64,000 nucleotides of DNA, from the NCBI GenBank assembly GCA_963740905.1, contig CAVUFY010000013.1, positions 264,147 through 328,146 on the forward strand, read 5' to 3'. The stretch comes from an uncultured delta proteobacterium. GTDB lineage: Bacteria; Desulfobacterota; DSM-4660; Desulfatiglandales; HGW-15. The notes under the pieces were generated by a model, which did no database searches, was not told where the DNA came from, and worked only from the letters and a program-made list of their open reading frames with translations. The position numbers and the translations under genes are program-made. This document shows positions 45,420-54,438 of this stretch, in pieces. The stretch's first letter is position 1. Each line of letters opens with the position of its first letter.

Positions 45420-45742
45420 TCATTTGGAAGAAACCGACAAGCGGAAGACGGGCGTTTCGATATGAGATTTCTTGCATTGGGGACATCGACTCGGGCGGGT
45501 AAATCGCTTCCTTTCTTCAAAGGTATACCCACAGGCAAACAGCGAACAGGAAGGACGGTGAGCTTTCCCCGATGAGCCGCCACAGTGCGCGCAATATGAT
45601 CGAGATGATCAAGGACTTCTCTTTCCCGGATTCCAAGCGCCTGAGAGAGGTCTTTGGCGGTCATTTCTTGTTCGCTGAGGAGGGCGATCATTCTCTGACG
45701 AAGAGTTTGAGACTGATCCACTTTTCCCAAAAGCCGGCTCAT
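45420..45742 (-). pseudogene. HTH + C-terminal zinc-ribbon transcriptional regulator with an apparent 1-nt deletion near 45535-45541
   Basis: Frame 1: MSRLLGKVDQSQTLRQRMIALLSEQEMTAKDLSQALGIREREVLDHLDHIARTVAAHRGKLTVLPVRC. The next frame continues ACGYTFEERKRFTRPSRCPQCKKSHIETPVFRL*, which completes the expected CxxC...CxxC ribbon. The uncorrected ORF (to 45356) loses all ribbon cysteines. Confidence 0.6.
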
Positions 45743-45896
45743 CCTTTCAGTGAATCTCCCGCCACTTAAGAGGCTGTGCCACGATGCAAATAAATCGCCA
45801 AGGCGAGCGAATCTTGAGGAATGATGAGCACATGGAAGTGCGCTGCAACGACTGAGGATGAAGCGCAACGCAGCAGATGGACTTTTCACGAAGTCG

Positions 45897-47141
45897 TCAA
45901 ATTTCAAAAGCCTTGAAGACCAAAGAAGCGTTGGTTCCGCCGAAGCCGAAGGAGTTTGACATGGCCGCCTTCACGCTCCCTTTTCTTGCCGCGTTAGGAA
46001 CGAAGTCCAAGTCACATTCGGGGTCAGGCGTTTCGTAGTTGATGGTCGGCGGCATTATCCCGTGTCTAATGGTAAGAGACGTGTAGATCGCTTCGATACC
46101 CCCTGCCCCACCAAGAAGATGGCCGGTCATGGATTTGGTCGAACTTACCGCCAGTTTGTAGGCGTGCTCCCCGAAGACAGCCTTGATGGCTCTCGCTTCC
46201 GATTCGTCGTTCAGTTTGGTGGATGTTCCGTGGGCGTTGATATAATCGATGTCTTCCGGTTTGAGCCCTGCATCTTCCACAGCATTCTTCATGCAAAGGA
46301 TCGCACCGACGCCGTTCGGGTCGGGTGCCGAAATGTGGTAGGCATCCGCTGACATGCCGTAACCGACCACTTCGGCATAAATGTGGGCACCCCGCTCAAG
46401 GGCTTGGTTAATCTCTTCAAGAATGAGGATCCCTGCTCCCTCCGCCATGACGAACCCGTCCCTGTTCAAATCAAACGGGCGAGACGCCCTTTCAGGTTCA
46501 TTGTTTCGGTTGGAAAGAGCCCTCATGGAGCAAAAGCCGCCCAGAGCCAGCGGCGTGACCACGGCTTCCGAGCCTCCCGAAATCATGGCATCTGCCTTGC
46601 CTTCCTGGATGAGCCTGAAGGATTCCCCAACGGCATGGCTGCTCGCCGCGCAGGCAGTCTCAATGGAAAGATTGGGCCCCTTAGCGCCGAATTCTATGGC
46701 AATTTGCCCGGGTGCCATATTGGCAATGATTCCGGGGATGAAAAAGGGGCTGATCCGACGGGGACCTTGCTCCAGTAAGACCTGATGATAGTGCTCGAGC
46801 ATGGCCAGCCCACCCAACCCGGAACCGGTGAGGCATCCGACCCGGTGACAGTTCTTATCCGTAATCTTCATCCCCGAGTCCTCGATCGCCATCCTGGCTG
46901 AAGCCACGGCGTAGTGGACAAAAATATCAAAACGTCTTACTTGCTGCTTATCCATAAAGTCTTCGGACTTGAAATCGCGGACCTCTCCGGCAATCTGACA
47001 CGGAAAAGCAGAAGCATCGAATTTTTCGATCCTTCCGATTCCTGATTTTCCGGCGCAGACAGCCTCCCAGTTCTTTGCAACACCAGTGCCCAAAGGAGTC
47101 ACCATCCCAAGGCCTGTGATGACCACCCTTCTTTTCTTCAT
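45897..47141 (-). CDS. fabF: 3-oxoacyl-ACP synthase II
   Basis: RRVVITGLGMVTPLG...active-site ACAASSHA...HGTST...GHLLGGAG. Confidence 0.93.
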   Translation of the reverse strand: MKKRRVVITGLGMVTPLGTGVAKNWEAVCAGKSGIGRIEKFDASAFPCQIAGEVRDFKSEDFMDKQQVRRFDIFVHYAVASARMAIEDSGMKITDKNCHRVGCLTGSGLGGLAMLEHYHQVLLEQGPRRISPFFIPGIIANMAPGQIAIEFGAKGPNLSIETACAASSHAVGESFRLIQEGKADAMISGGSEAVVTPLALGGFCSMRALSNRNNEPERASRPFDLNRDGFVMAEGAGILILEEINQALERGAHIYAEVVGYGMSADAYHISAPDPNGVGAILCMKNAVEDAGLKPEDIDYINAHGTSTKLNDESEARAIKAVFGEHAYKLAVSSTKSMTGHLLGGAGGIEAIYTSLTIRHGIMPPTINYETPDPECDLDFVPNAARKGSVKAAMSNSFGFGGTNASLVFKAFEI

Positions 47142-47203
47142 TCCAGACTCTTCCTCTTGCCAAAGAGGAACCTTCCTCAAGGTCCTTTCAAAAAATGTCT
47201 ACC

Positions 47204-47443
47204 CTAAGCGCCCAAGGCCTTCTTAACATAGTCGATCGCGTCCTGAACCGTGACGATCTTTTCAGCCTCCTCATCCGTGATGGAAACGTTGAACTCTTCT
47301 TCCATTGCCATGATCAGTTCCACCTGGTCCAAAGAGTCCGCTCCCAAATCATCCACAAAAGAAGCAGTTGTGACAACGTCCTCTTCCGCCACATCCAACT
47401 GCTCGCATATGATCTTCTTAATTCTTTCTACCAAATCCGCCAT
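47204..47443 (-). CDS. acpP: Acyl carrier protein
   Basis: [19 protein letters not shown]. Confidence 0.93.
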   Translation of the reverse strand: MADLVERIKKIICEQLDVAEEDVVTTASFVDDLGADSLDQVELIMAMEEEFNVSITDEEAEKIVTVQDAIDYVKKALGA

Positions 47444-47522
47444 AAAATTCTCCTCCTTTTGCTCTTATGACCATGCTGCAACAATAAAATCTGTATTGAA
47501 TGGAAAGGCTGGTCAATGCTGA

Positions 47523-48269
47523 TCACATGAACAGGCCGCCGTTGATATGAATCACCTGGCCTGTCACATAGCTGGCTGCATCCGAACAGAGCCAGTAGAC
47601 TGCTTCGGCCACATCTTCGGGCTCACCTGCCCGGCCCAGAGGGATTTGCTGAAGGAAGTATTCCTTCACCTTCCCGGAAAGGCTTTCCGTCATCTCCGTA
47701 CGAATAAAACCGGGTGCCACGGCATTCACCGTGATGCCTCGACCAGCCACCTCCCGGGCAAGCGTTTTGGTGAAGCCCATGATTCCTGCTTTGGATGCAG
47801 AGTAATTGGCCTGACCCGGATTGCCGATCTGCCCCACTACGGACGAGATATTCACGATTCGGCCGCTTCTTTGTTTCACCATAGACCTGATAACGGCTTG
47901 GGAACAGTTGAACGCGCTTTTCAGGTTGACCCTCATGACCGTATCCCAGTCCTCCTCGGACATCCTCATCAACAGAGCATCCCGGGCGATGCCTGCGTTG
48001 TTCACGAGCACGTCCACCCTTCCGAGACTCGAAAGGATTTCCTTGAAAAGGGTCTCTACGTCTCCTTTGGAGGACACATCCAGCCGGTGGCTTTCGGCCA
48101 CGATGCCCTTTTCAGCGAGAAGTCTCAGAGTCTCTTCCGATGCAGACGGATCCGAGTCGTAGTGAATGATCACGATTCGAGGCATCTCTTCCGTGAACCT
48201 CATGGCCACGGCCCTTCCGATTCCTCTCGACCCTCCTGTGATCACCACGACTCTCGACGGCTTTCCCAT
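47523..48269 (-). CDS. fabG: 3-oxoacyl-ACP reductase
   Basis: VVVITGGSRGIGRA...NNAG...SSVVG...YSASKAG. Confidence 0.92.
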   Translation of the reverse strand: MGKPSRVVVITGGSRGIGRAVAMRFTEEMPRIVIIHYDSDPSASEETLRLLAEKGIVAESHRLDVSSKGDVETLFKEILSSLGRVDVLVNNAGIARDALLMRMSEEDWDTVMRVNLKSAFNCSQAVIRSMVKQRSGRIVNISSVVGQIGNPGQANYSASKAGIMGFTKTLAREVAGRGITVNAVAPGFIRTEMTESLSGKVKEYFLQQIPLGRAGEPEDVAEAVYWLCSDAASYVTGQVIHINGGLFM

Positions 48270-48323
48270 CTCTCTCCTCATTGCCTCAGGCATTCAGACT
48301 TAATAAAAGCCGGAAGTCAAAAT

Positions 48324-48506
48324 TCAGCTTTCCTGGGTTTCAATGAGCGTCTTCCCCCGATAAGTGCCGCACTGGAGGCACACGTGATGGGGAAGCACGG
48401 GCTCGTGGCACTGAGGACAAGTGGTCGGGTTGAGCAGCTTTGCGTGATCGTGAGATCTTCTCATGTCCCTTCTTGATTTCGATTTTTTCCTTTTCGGCAG
48501 AGCCAT
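48324..48506 (-). CDS. rpmF: 50S ribosomal protein L32
   Basis: MALPKRKKSKSRRDMRRSH...CPQCHEPVLPHHVCLQCGTY. Confidence 0.93.
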   Translation of the reverse strand: MALPKRKKSKSRRDMRRSHDHAKLLNPTTCPQCHEPVLPHHVCLQCGTYRGKTLIETQES

Positions 48507-48511
48507 TCTTG

Positions 48512-49042
48512 CTATTCTCCTTCAACCTTCAGTTCTTTCAGCTTCGAAAAAACAGATTGTCCGTCCTGGCGACTGCAGAGGCACGGGGCAATGTTAAGAT
48601 TAGTCCCGCATTTCGGGCACAGGCCCCGGCAACCGCTCTTACAGACGCACTTCATGGGTACAGAGAGATAAATTTGCTCTCGGATGATCTCAGCTAGATC
48701 TATCGTTTCCCCTTTGATGAAGTCAACCTCCATTTCTTCATCAAGCAGTTCCACATCCTCCTCACCAGCTGCAGCCGTCTTCCTGACCAGGTAGACGTTC
48801 AATTTGGTTTTCAACTCCGAGTCGAAAGCTTCGAGACATCGATCACATCGGACTCGCAAGCGCCCGGAGAGGGTGCCATCGACCAGGAATTTGTCCGCTG
48901 CTTTGGAGACCTTGATGTAGACCTCCAGAGGTCCATTGAGTCCGACAACTTGTTGGCTGGGATCGCTGGCACGCCACCATTCCTGAGGCAGAGTCTCATC
49001 GAAATGAGTTTCCTCGGCAATGGTTTGAAGGTTGATAATCAC
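48512..49042 (-). CDS. yceD: YceD/DUF177 family protein
   Basis: Position upstream of rpmF, and C-terminal CKSGCRGLCPKCGTNLN...C.C. Confidence 0.85.
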   Translation of the reverse strand: MIINLQTIAEETHFDETLPQEWWRASDPSQQVVGLNGPLEVYIKVSKAADKFLVDGTLSGRLRVRCDRCLEAFDSELKTKLNVYLVRKTAAAGEEDVELLDEEMEVDFIKGETIDLAEIIREQIYLSVPMKCVCKSGCRGLCPKCGTNLNIAPCLCSRQDGQSVFSKLKELKVEGE

Positions 49043-49104
49043 CAGGGTAATCCCCGCTTTAAGACAATCTCGCTTAATCCGGCTTAAGATAATGTAAATG
49101 TACT

Positions 49105-49132
49105 ACTATATATGCTCAATTTCGATTGTCAA
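49105..49132 (-). promoter_or_regulatory. sigma70-type promoter candidate for yceD-rpmF
   Basis: Minus strand TTGACA, 16 nt, TATAGT, about 60 nt upstream of the yceD ATG. Confidence 0.45.
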
Positions 49133-49337
49133 GAAAATTTAGCCCCCGAGTCGGTTGGCGACAGATCTTCCGGGCGGATGAACCATGGGGCTTTTAAACC
49201 CCTACACCCTCTCCGAAGTACTCGTTTTATGTTGACACTTGAGCCAATTTGTTGATATGCTTAGAAAAAAGCGATTATTATAGGCTCACCCCAACCACGA
49301 AGACGTTGATTTCCTCGTTGAACTCAGAGAGAGATGC

Positions 49338-50396
49338 ATGTGGACATACCGAGAAAGACTTAATTATTTCGAAAAGTTACGTCGCTCTTTGTACGAAATT
49401 TCGAGAGATGTTCTCGAACAAAGACTGATGAAAATTTCTCTCATTGATTCTTATTACAAGCACGTTAAGCAGGGCATGGAATACAGCTTTGTGGAAAAGA
49501 GCGAACTCAAGCCAAAGTCGAAGAAGAAAGAAAAGGAATCGGAGCTTTTCAACACATTTATCGTCCTCTTTTGTGAGGGGACCGTCAATCCGGAACTCAA
49601 GAATTACATCCGTTTTTTCCCTGAAAACAGGCTGGTGAAGGAAAACCTCGATTACTTGATCGAGTTCTCGTTGAGTCAGAATTTCAATTACATCCCGAAA
49701 TATTTCGAGCAACCCCGCTTCCTCGATTTTCTGGAAAGCCTCCTGAATGTGGACTACGCTCTCCTCATACAGCAGGACCCCACGGTAAAAAAGAAGAACC
49801 GGTATGCTTTGACCCATTTTCATGTGAAGATCGACTGGCCTATCGCGGATGCGGCAGAGGATCTGGCCAAGTGGCTCCGGTACATCCAGAACAATCTTTA
49901 CGAAAGAGGAGACAACGAGGCCAGAATCCTGCAAAGAAAGTTGTTTGAATACTACGGCTGTCACCACAGTGTGGGAGGAAGGCGAACGGCGGCTCTCATC
50001 GCGGCTCAGCTTCTCAGGCGGATGGATTTCATATCCACCGTTTTTGTATCCAGTTCGGAATCACGGTCCATGGTCAAATATTCGGAAAGAGGAGTTTCAA
50101 AATTCTTTCTCATCCAACTGACGGATATGCAGATCGCCGCCTTAGCGCAAAAGGAAGGCATGGACCCGGAAGCATTCAAGGCTTCCTACCTATATCCTGC
50201 CCAGGGCTTTTCATTAGGGATCTCGGAGGCTGTCTACGGGCACACTCTTTTTTCGAAGCCTCCGGAGGACGGCAAACTGCGCAGGCCCAAACCGGCCTAC
50301 AACTGGCTCAAAGTCAGGGACGAATTCCTCCACCCTAGGGACACATACCAACATCTCAGACCCATCAGTTACAACTGGGTTTATGCGGCACAGTGA
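49338..50396 (+). CDS. Hypothetical protein (352 aa), no family recognised
   Basis: Long ORF in an AT-richer stretch. A TTGACA-type promoter candidate lies at 49232. It has a Lys/Glu-rich linker (KPKSKKKEKESE). I could identify no motif. Confidence 0.55.
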   Translation: MWTYRERLNYFEKLRRSLYEISRDVLEQRLMKISLIDSYYKHVKQGMEYSFVEKSELKPKSKKKEKESELFNTFIVLFCEGTVNPELKNYIRFFPENRLVKENLDYLIEFSLSQNFNYIPKYFEQPRFLDFLESLLNVDYALLIQQDPTVKKKNRYALTHFHVKIDWPIADAAEDLAKWLRYIQNNLYERGDNEARILQRKLFEYYGCHHSVGGRRTAALIAAQLLRRMDFISTVFVSSSESRSMVKYSERGVSKFFLIQLTDMQIAALAQKEGMDPEAFKASYLYPAQGFSLGISEAVYGHTLFSKPPEDGKLRRPKPAYNWLKVRDEFLHPRDTYQHLRPISYNWVYAAQ

Positions 50397-50480
50397 GGTT
50401 TGGCCTAGTCCTTGTCCAGACGGTTTGCGGTTTTCCTCGTCGGAACACAGGGAAAACTCCATGAGTTTCAGAAGGCCGCA

Positions 50481-50777
50481 TCAGTGCTTGCCCATTCTAT
50501 CCATCACTTTGACGATGAACCATAAGTCCAAGATCCTGTGCCATCGCAGGATATACACCTTTCCGTCATCTGCCAGAACCTTAAAATAATCGTGCTCCAC
50601 TCCGTACCACCGGTCTATGATATCGGCCACCTCGCGCATTTGTCCTTCCACAATGAAGGACGTGGGCCTTTCATTGGCCTTATAGCCGGAATAGGCAAAC
50701 ACCTTTGTGCTTCTGGGCAGGTCTTCTCTTTTCACGAGCCATCTTGTACGGAGACCGGCGTACCATCCCGGGATCAA
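50481..50777 (-). CDS. Hypothetical protein (98 aa)
   Basis: ORF with a TTG start overlapping the upstream gene's TGA (TTGA). ...ERPTSFIVEGQMREVADIIDRWYG..DYFKVLADDGKVYILRW... No family recognised. Confidence 0.45.
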   Translation of the reverse strand: MIPGWYAGLRTRWLVKREDLPRSTKVFAYSGYKANERPTSFIVEGQMREVADIIDRWYGVEHDYFKVLADDGKVYILRWHRILDLWFIVKVMDRMGKH

Positions 50778-51085
50778 ACCTTGTTGAAAAAATCCTGAAG
50801 TTCTTTGATAACCTGAACCTTGATCTCGCCGGACACATCTTTCCGGAACTCAAAATCCAGCAGGAACACCATCCGGTAGTCTACCGCCGAAGTCTTGTAC
50901 TCTTGGTAAGAGGAAACACTCACATCCTCAAGGCTGCCGAAGCTCTCCTCCTTGAAGATATCTTTTTCCCTCAGGATGAGATGGAGAGCCTCTTTCGCAT
51001 CTTCCACATTCTCCAGGACCAGCTCCACACCGCAGATTTTCTTCACGGCCTTGATAATCTTTTCGCCTTCAACTTTGATCTTCAT
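50774..51085 (-). CDS. Hypothetical protein (103 aa from MKIKVEGEK; the ORF opens at 51199)
   Basis: It is overlap-coupled to the 98-aa ORF. The start is ambiguous (51085 vs 51199) and neither has a good SD. Confidence 0.4.
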   Translation of the reverse strand: MKIKVEGEKIIKAVKKICGVELVLENVEDAKEALHLILREKDIFKEESFGSLEDVSVSSYQEYKTSAVDYRMVFLLDFEFRKDVSGEIKVQVIKELQDFFNKV

Positions 51086-51494
51086 CGTCTTAATCTTGTC
51101 CGTATCATCCTTCTTCAGTCCCGAAAAGCTTCGGGCTATCCCATGTCCTCCAGTTGCAGAACAACTCCGTGCGTCACGTTTTTCTCGCGTTTTTATCATA
51201 CCAGCAAATAGTTGTTCTTTTCAAGGAACTCCGCCTCTTTCAACGCTCTTTCGCTTTTGAAAGAAAATTCTTTATAAAATGGACAATATATGTTAAAAAT
51301 AACCCGGTTTCTCCCCTTCTGCCATAAATGAAGAAAGGAGATTTTAGAAAGGACATCAGATAATGGTCCCTCCTTTCTCCGAAGTCCTCTCATTGCCAGC
51401 ATGGGCTATTGAATATCCCGCTCATCCAGAGGGCTACATCTTCTTCGGCTGAGATCTGGTATTCCCGGTTGGTCAGGGGAGTCAGGTGCGACAG

Positions 51495-52400
51495 ATGTCT
51501 GAAAAGGATCAAATCAAACGGTTGCTGAAGGAAGCCGAGATCTACCGTACCCAAGGGCTGCTTTCTGATTCCAAAACAAAATATTCACAGGTCCTGACCC
51601 TGCTCTTAAAGAGTCCGACTCTTTCCAAGAATCAGAAGCTGATTGACGGCGTGAAAACCAAGGTTCGCGCAGTCGAGAAATCCCTGCGCGAACTGAGGAG
51701 GAGGCTGGATAAGCCCGAGCTCACACGGGATCTTCAGAGTTTGATCAAGAAGCTATTTACTTTTTCGCAGACCAAGGAAGCCGCGGCAATCGAGGGCGCC
51801 GTGGCTCTGGCAAAGTTCGGTCAATATGACGAGGCGATCAGGGAATTCCTGGTTTTGCTTGACCATGGAGTTTTGCCCTTTGTGACAGCCAAGAACATCA
51901 TCCGATGCAACATGGCGCTGAAAAGGCCGGAGGCGGCTGTGGAGCAATTCTCTAACTGGGTCTCACGAGACTTGTTTTCCTTTCAAGAACTCAAGCAGTT
52001 GCAAACCTTTATCAAGGGTACTTTCGCGAAAGAGGGGATTAAGATTCAAGTGCCTGAGGTGACCCCAAGACGCAGAAAACCCTCAAAATCCAAGAAGGAT
52101 GAGATGCTTTTCCTGGAAATTTCGGCTATATCCGTGCACCTTCAGGGTGGTCCTTTTCAGAACCAGACCCTGGACTTCGAGGTGCAGTTTCAGTCAGCTA
52201 ACACGGTCACCGTTCATCTGCCTTCCAACCGAAAGGAAGTCGCCGATTTCCTTACACCCGGAACCCGCCTTGAAGAGATTCAGTGCTACTCCCCCATCAC
52301 CGTGTTCAGGAGTAGCGGAACGGTCGCGGGTACGGCGACCATTAAGCACGGACCAAAGCGAGGTGATTTTACGCTGGATATTTCCATTGATGCGGATTAG
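51495..52400 (+). CDS. Hypothetical protein, helical repeat (TPR-like) N-terminus and beta-rich C-terminus
   Basis: MSEKDQIKRLLKEAEIYRTQGLLSDSKTKYSQVL... The C-terminal 100 aa is beta-rich and faintly PilZ-like, but the RxxxR / DxSxxG motifs are not intact. Confidence 0.6.
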   Translation: MSEKDQIKRLLKEAEIYRTQGLLSDSKTKYSQVLTLLLKSPTLSKNQKLIDGVKTKVRAVEKSLRELRRRLDKPELTRDLQSLIKKLFTFSQTKEAAAIEGAVALAKFGQYDEAIREFLVLLDHGVLPFVTAKNIIRCNMALKRPEAAVEQFSNWVSRDLFSFQELKQLQTFIKGTFAKEGIKIQVPEVTPRRRKPSKSKKDEMLFLEISAISVHLQGGPFQNQTLDFEVQFQSANTVTVHLPSNRKEVADFLTPGTRLEEIQCYSPITVFRSSGTVAGTATIKHGPKRGDFTLDISIDAD

Positions 52401-52592
52401 ATGGTTCGATCCGCGAATAATTGCCGGATATTTTCTGACTCCGAGCAGCGCAATAGCAGGCTCTATTCATGAGCGAATCGATACGTTATCGAATTTATGA
52501 ATCAAGCGATTAAACCCTATCGGAAACGACACGAACGGGCGCACGGTTGAACGTGACGAACTAAGGTCACGAGGAGGGCCTTCTTTAGAACT

Positions 52593-53207
52593 ATGGCTAT
52601 TTTTAATGCAAAGGATAGAATCATTGAGTGTAAGCTCGTTTATTACGGTCCGGGCCGTGGTGGAAAGACAACCAATTTGGACTATATCTTCAAGGCCTTC
52701 AACAAGAACACTTCAGCGGAAATGGTGTCCATCAATACCATGGGCGATCGGACCCTGTTTTTTGATTTTCTGCCTATGGGTTTGGGGAAAATTCGGGGCT
52801 GCGAAGTAAAGATCCAACTCTATACCGTGCCCGGTCAGGCGAGATATCGCTCCACGAGAAAAATGGTGCTTAAGGGAGTAGATGGGGTGGTCTTCGTAGC
52901 GGATTCTCTTGAGGTTCGAAGGAAAGCGAATATTCTGTCGCTCAAGGATCTTGCCGAAAACCTTAAGGAGGAAGGGAAGAGCATCTTTCAGATTCCGCTC
53001 GTTCTCCAGTACAATAAGAGAGACTTAAAGGACCAAGGGATCCCCCTTTTGCCTGAGAAACTCATGGATGTGGACCTCAACAGCAAGTTGAAAGCGCCCT
53101 ATTTTAGCGCAAGCGCTCTCAAAGGGCCGGGTGTGGGAGCAACCTTGAAACAGGCTTTGCTTCTCACGTTGCGCCAGCTCCAAAAAGAACTGCAGTGGAC
53201 GAGGTAA
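52593..53207 (+). CDS. mglA: MglA-family Ras-like small GTPase
   Basis: ECKLVYYGPGRGGKTTNLDYI...GDRTLFFDFLP...IQLYTVPGQARY...LKGVDGVVFVADS...QYNKRDL aligns along its length with M. xanthus MglA as I recall it. Confidence 0.88.
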   Translation: MAIFNAKDRIIECKLVYYGPGRGGKTTNLDYIFKAFNKNTSAEMVSINTMGDRTLFFDFLPMGLGKIRGCEVKIQLYTVPGQARYRSTRKMVLKGVDGVVFVADSLEVRRKANILSLKDLAENLKEEGKSIFQIPLVLQYNKRDLKDQGIPLLPEKLMDVDLNSKLKAPYFSASALKGPGVGATLKQALLLTLRQLQKELQWTR

Positions 53208-53217
53208 GGATTTCAGG

Positions 53218-54399
53218 ATGAGTGGAAAAGTTGTACTCACGGGCGGACTGAAGTTCACGAGTCTCGCAGACCTCTTTCAAATCATCGGCGGCAACAACAG
53301 TACCGGTACTCTCCGTATCAGCAGTCAGTATACCCCTGACACAGGGATCATCAACTTCCAGGATGGAAATCCCATCAATGCGATCGATGGCAATCTGAAG
53401 GGGCTGGAAGCCATTTACTCTCTGTTTGGAAGAACCGAAGGAAATTTCGAATTCGTTGAGGAAAAGGTTCCCGTCGAACACGTGGTCAAGAAGAGCCGCA
53501 TGGAAATCGTCCTGGATGCTTTACGCATGCTCGATGATGGCGTCATCAAGAAAGTGGAGCCTCTTTCCACGCAGGAGATTTTTGTCGGGAAACCCGCAAA
53601 GCCGGAAGAACAGCAAAAAGCCGGACCTCCTGCCATCAAAGGGCCTGCCATTGATTATCTTTATATCCTGGAAGAGGAAGAGTTTTACGACGGCAAGACC
53701 ATCGTTAAGGAGGGAACGCATGGCAAATGGATCTGGGTCTTGCTCGAGGGCAAGGTCAAGATCAGCAAGAATACCCAGAGAGGGCCTTTGACCATTCTCC
53801 ACCTTGGCGAGGGATGTTACGTCGGGACCTTTACCTCCCTTTTGTTTCATGATTATGCACGAAGCGCCACGGTCACGGCGGTGGGCGACGTCCGGCTGGG
53901 TTTGCTTGACACACAGAGACTTGCAGGAGAATTCTACACCCTGTCTCCTGAATTCAGAGGAATGTTGGCCAGTCTTGACCGCCGGCTGAAAAAGACAACG
54001 GAAAGAGTCGCCGAGCTGGCGATGAAACAACAAGGGTTCGCAGTACCTCAAAAAGGATTGGAGGTCCTGATCCCGATGGGCTCCAAAAGAGACAACGCAT
54101 ACCTGATCTCGGAAGGGAACGCTTACGTGATAGGAAAAACACAGAAGGGGCTTCTCCCTTTGGTGGAATTGGGGAAGGATGATCTTTTCGGATCAGTCCC
54201 TTTCATGGACATGGGCCAGGAGCCACGTTCCGCTTCCGTGGCGGCTCCAAAAGACTTGAAAGTTCAGAAACTCAACGTCGTCGAACTCCGGGACGCTTAC
54301 AATCAGCTTTCCATGGTTTTCAAAGGCATGATCTCCAACATTTGCACCTGTGTCGCCTACACGACCAAACTCGCATACCTTCTCGGCCGCAAAAAATGA
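53218..54399 (+). CDS. DUF4388 (PATAN-type) domain protein with two cyclic-nucleotide-binding-like domains
   Basis: N-terminus LADLFQIIGGNNSTGTLRIS...INFQDGNPINAI...GLEAIYSLFGRTEGNFEF (DUF4388). Then EGTHGKWIWVLLEGKV...ARSATVTAV and ...PRSASVAAP (CAP-type cNMP-binding signatures). Confidence 0.8.
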   Translation: MSGKVVLTGGLKFTSLADLFQIIGGNNSTGTLRISSQYTPDTGIINFQDGNPINAIDGNLKGLEAIYSLFGRTEGNFEFVEEKVPVEHVVKKSRMEIVLDALRMLDDGVIKKVEPLSTQEIFVGKPAKPEEQQKAGPPAIKGPAIDYLYILEEEEFYDGKTIVKEGTHGKWIWVLLEGKVKISKNTQRGPLTILHLGEGCYVGTFTSLLFHDYARSATVTAVGDVRLGLLDTQRLAGEFYTLSPEFRGMLASLDRRLKKTTERVAELAMKQQGFAVPQKGLEVLIPMGSKRDNAYLISEGNAYVIGKTQKGLLPLVELGKDDLFGSVPFMDMGQEPRSASVAAPKDLKVQKLNVVELRDAYNQLSMVFKGMISNICTCVAYTTKLAYLLGRKK

Positions 54400-54438
54400 G
54401 ACTGGATCATTAAGAATGCTTACACAGGAGGAATTGAC

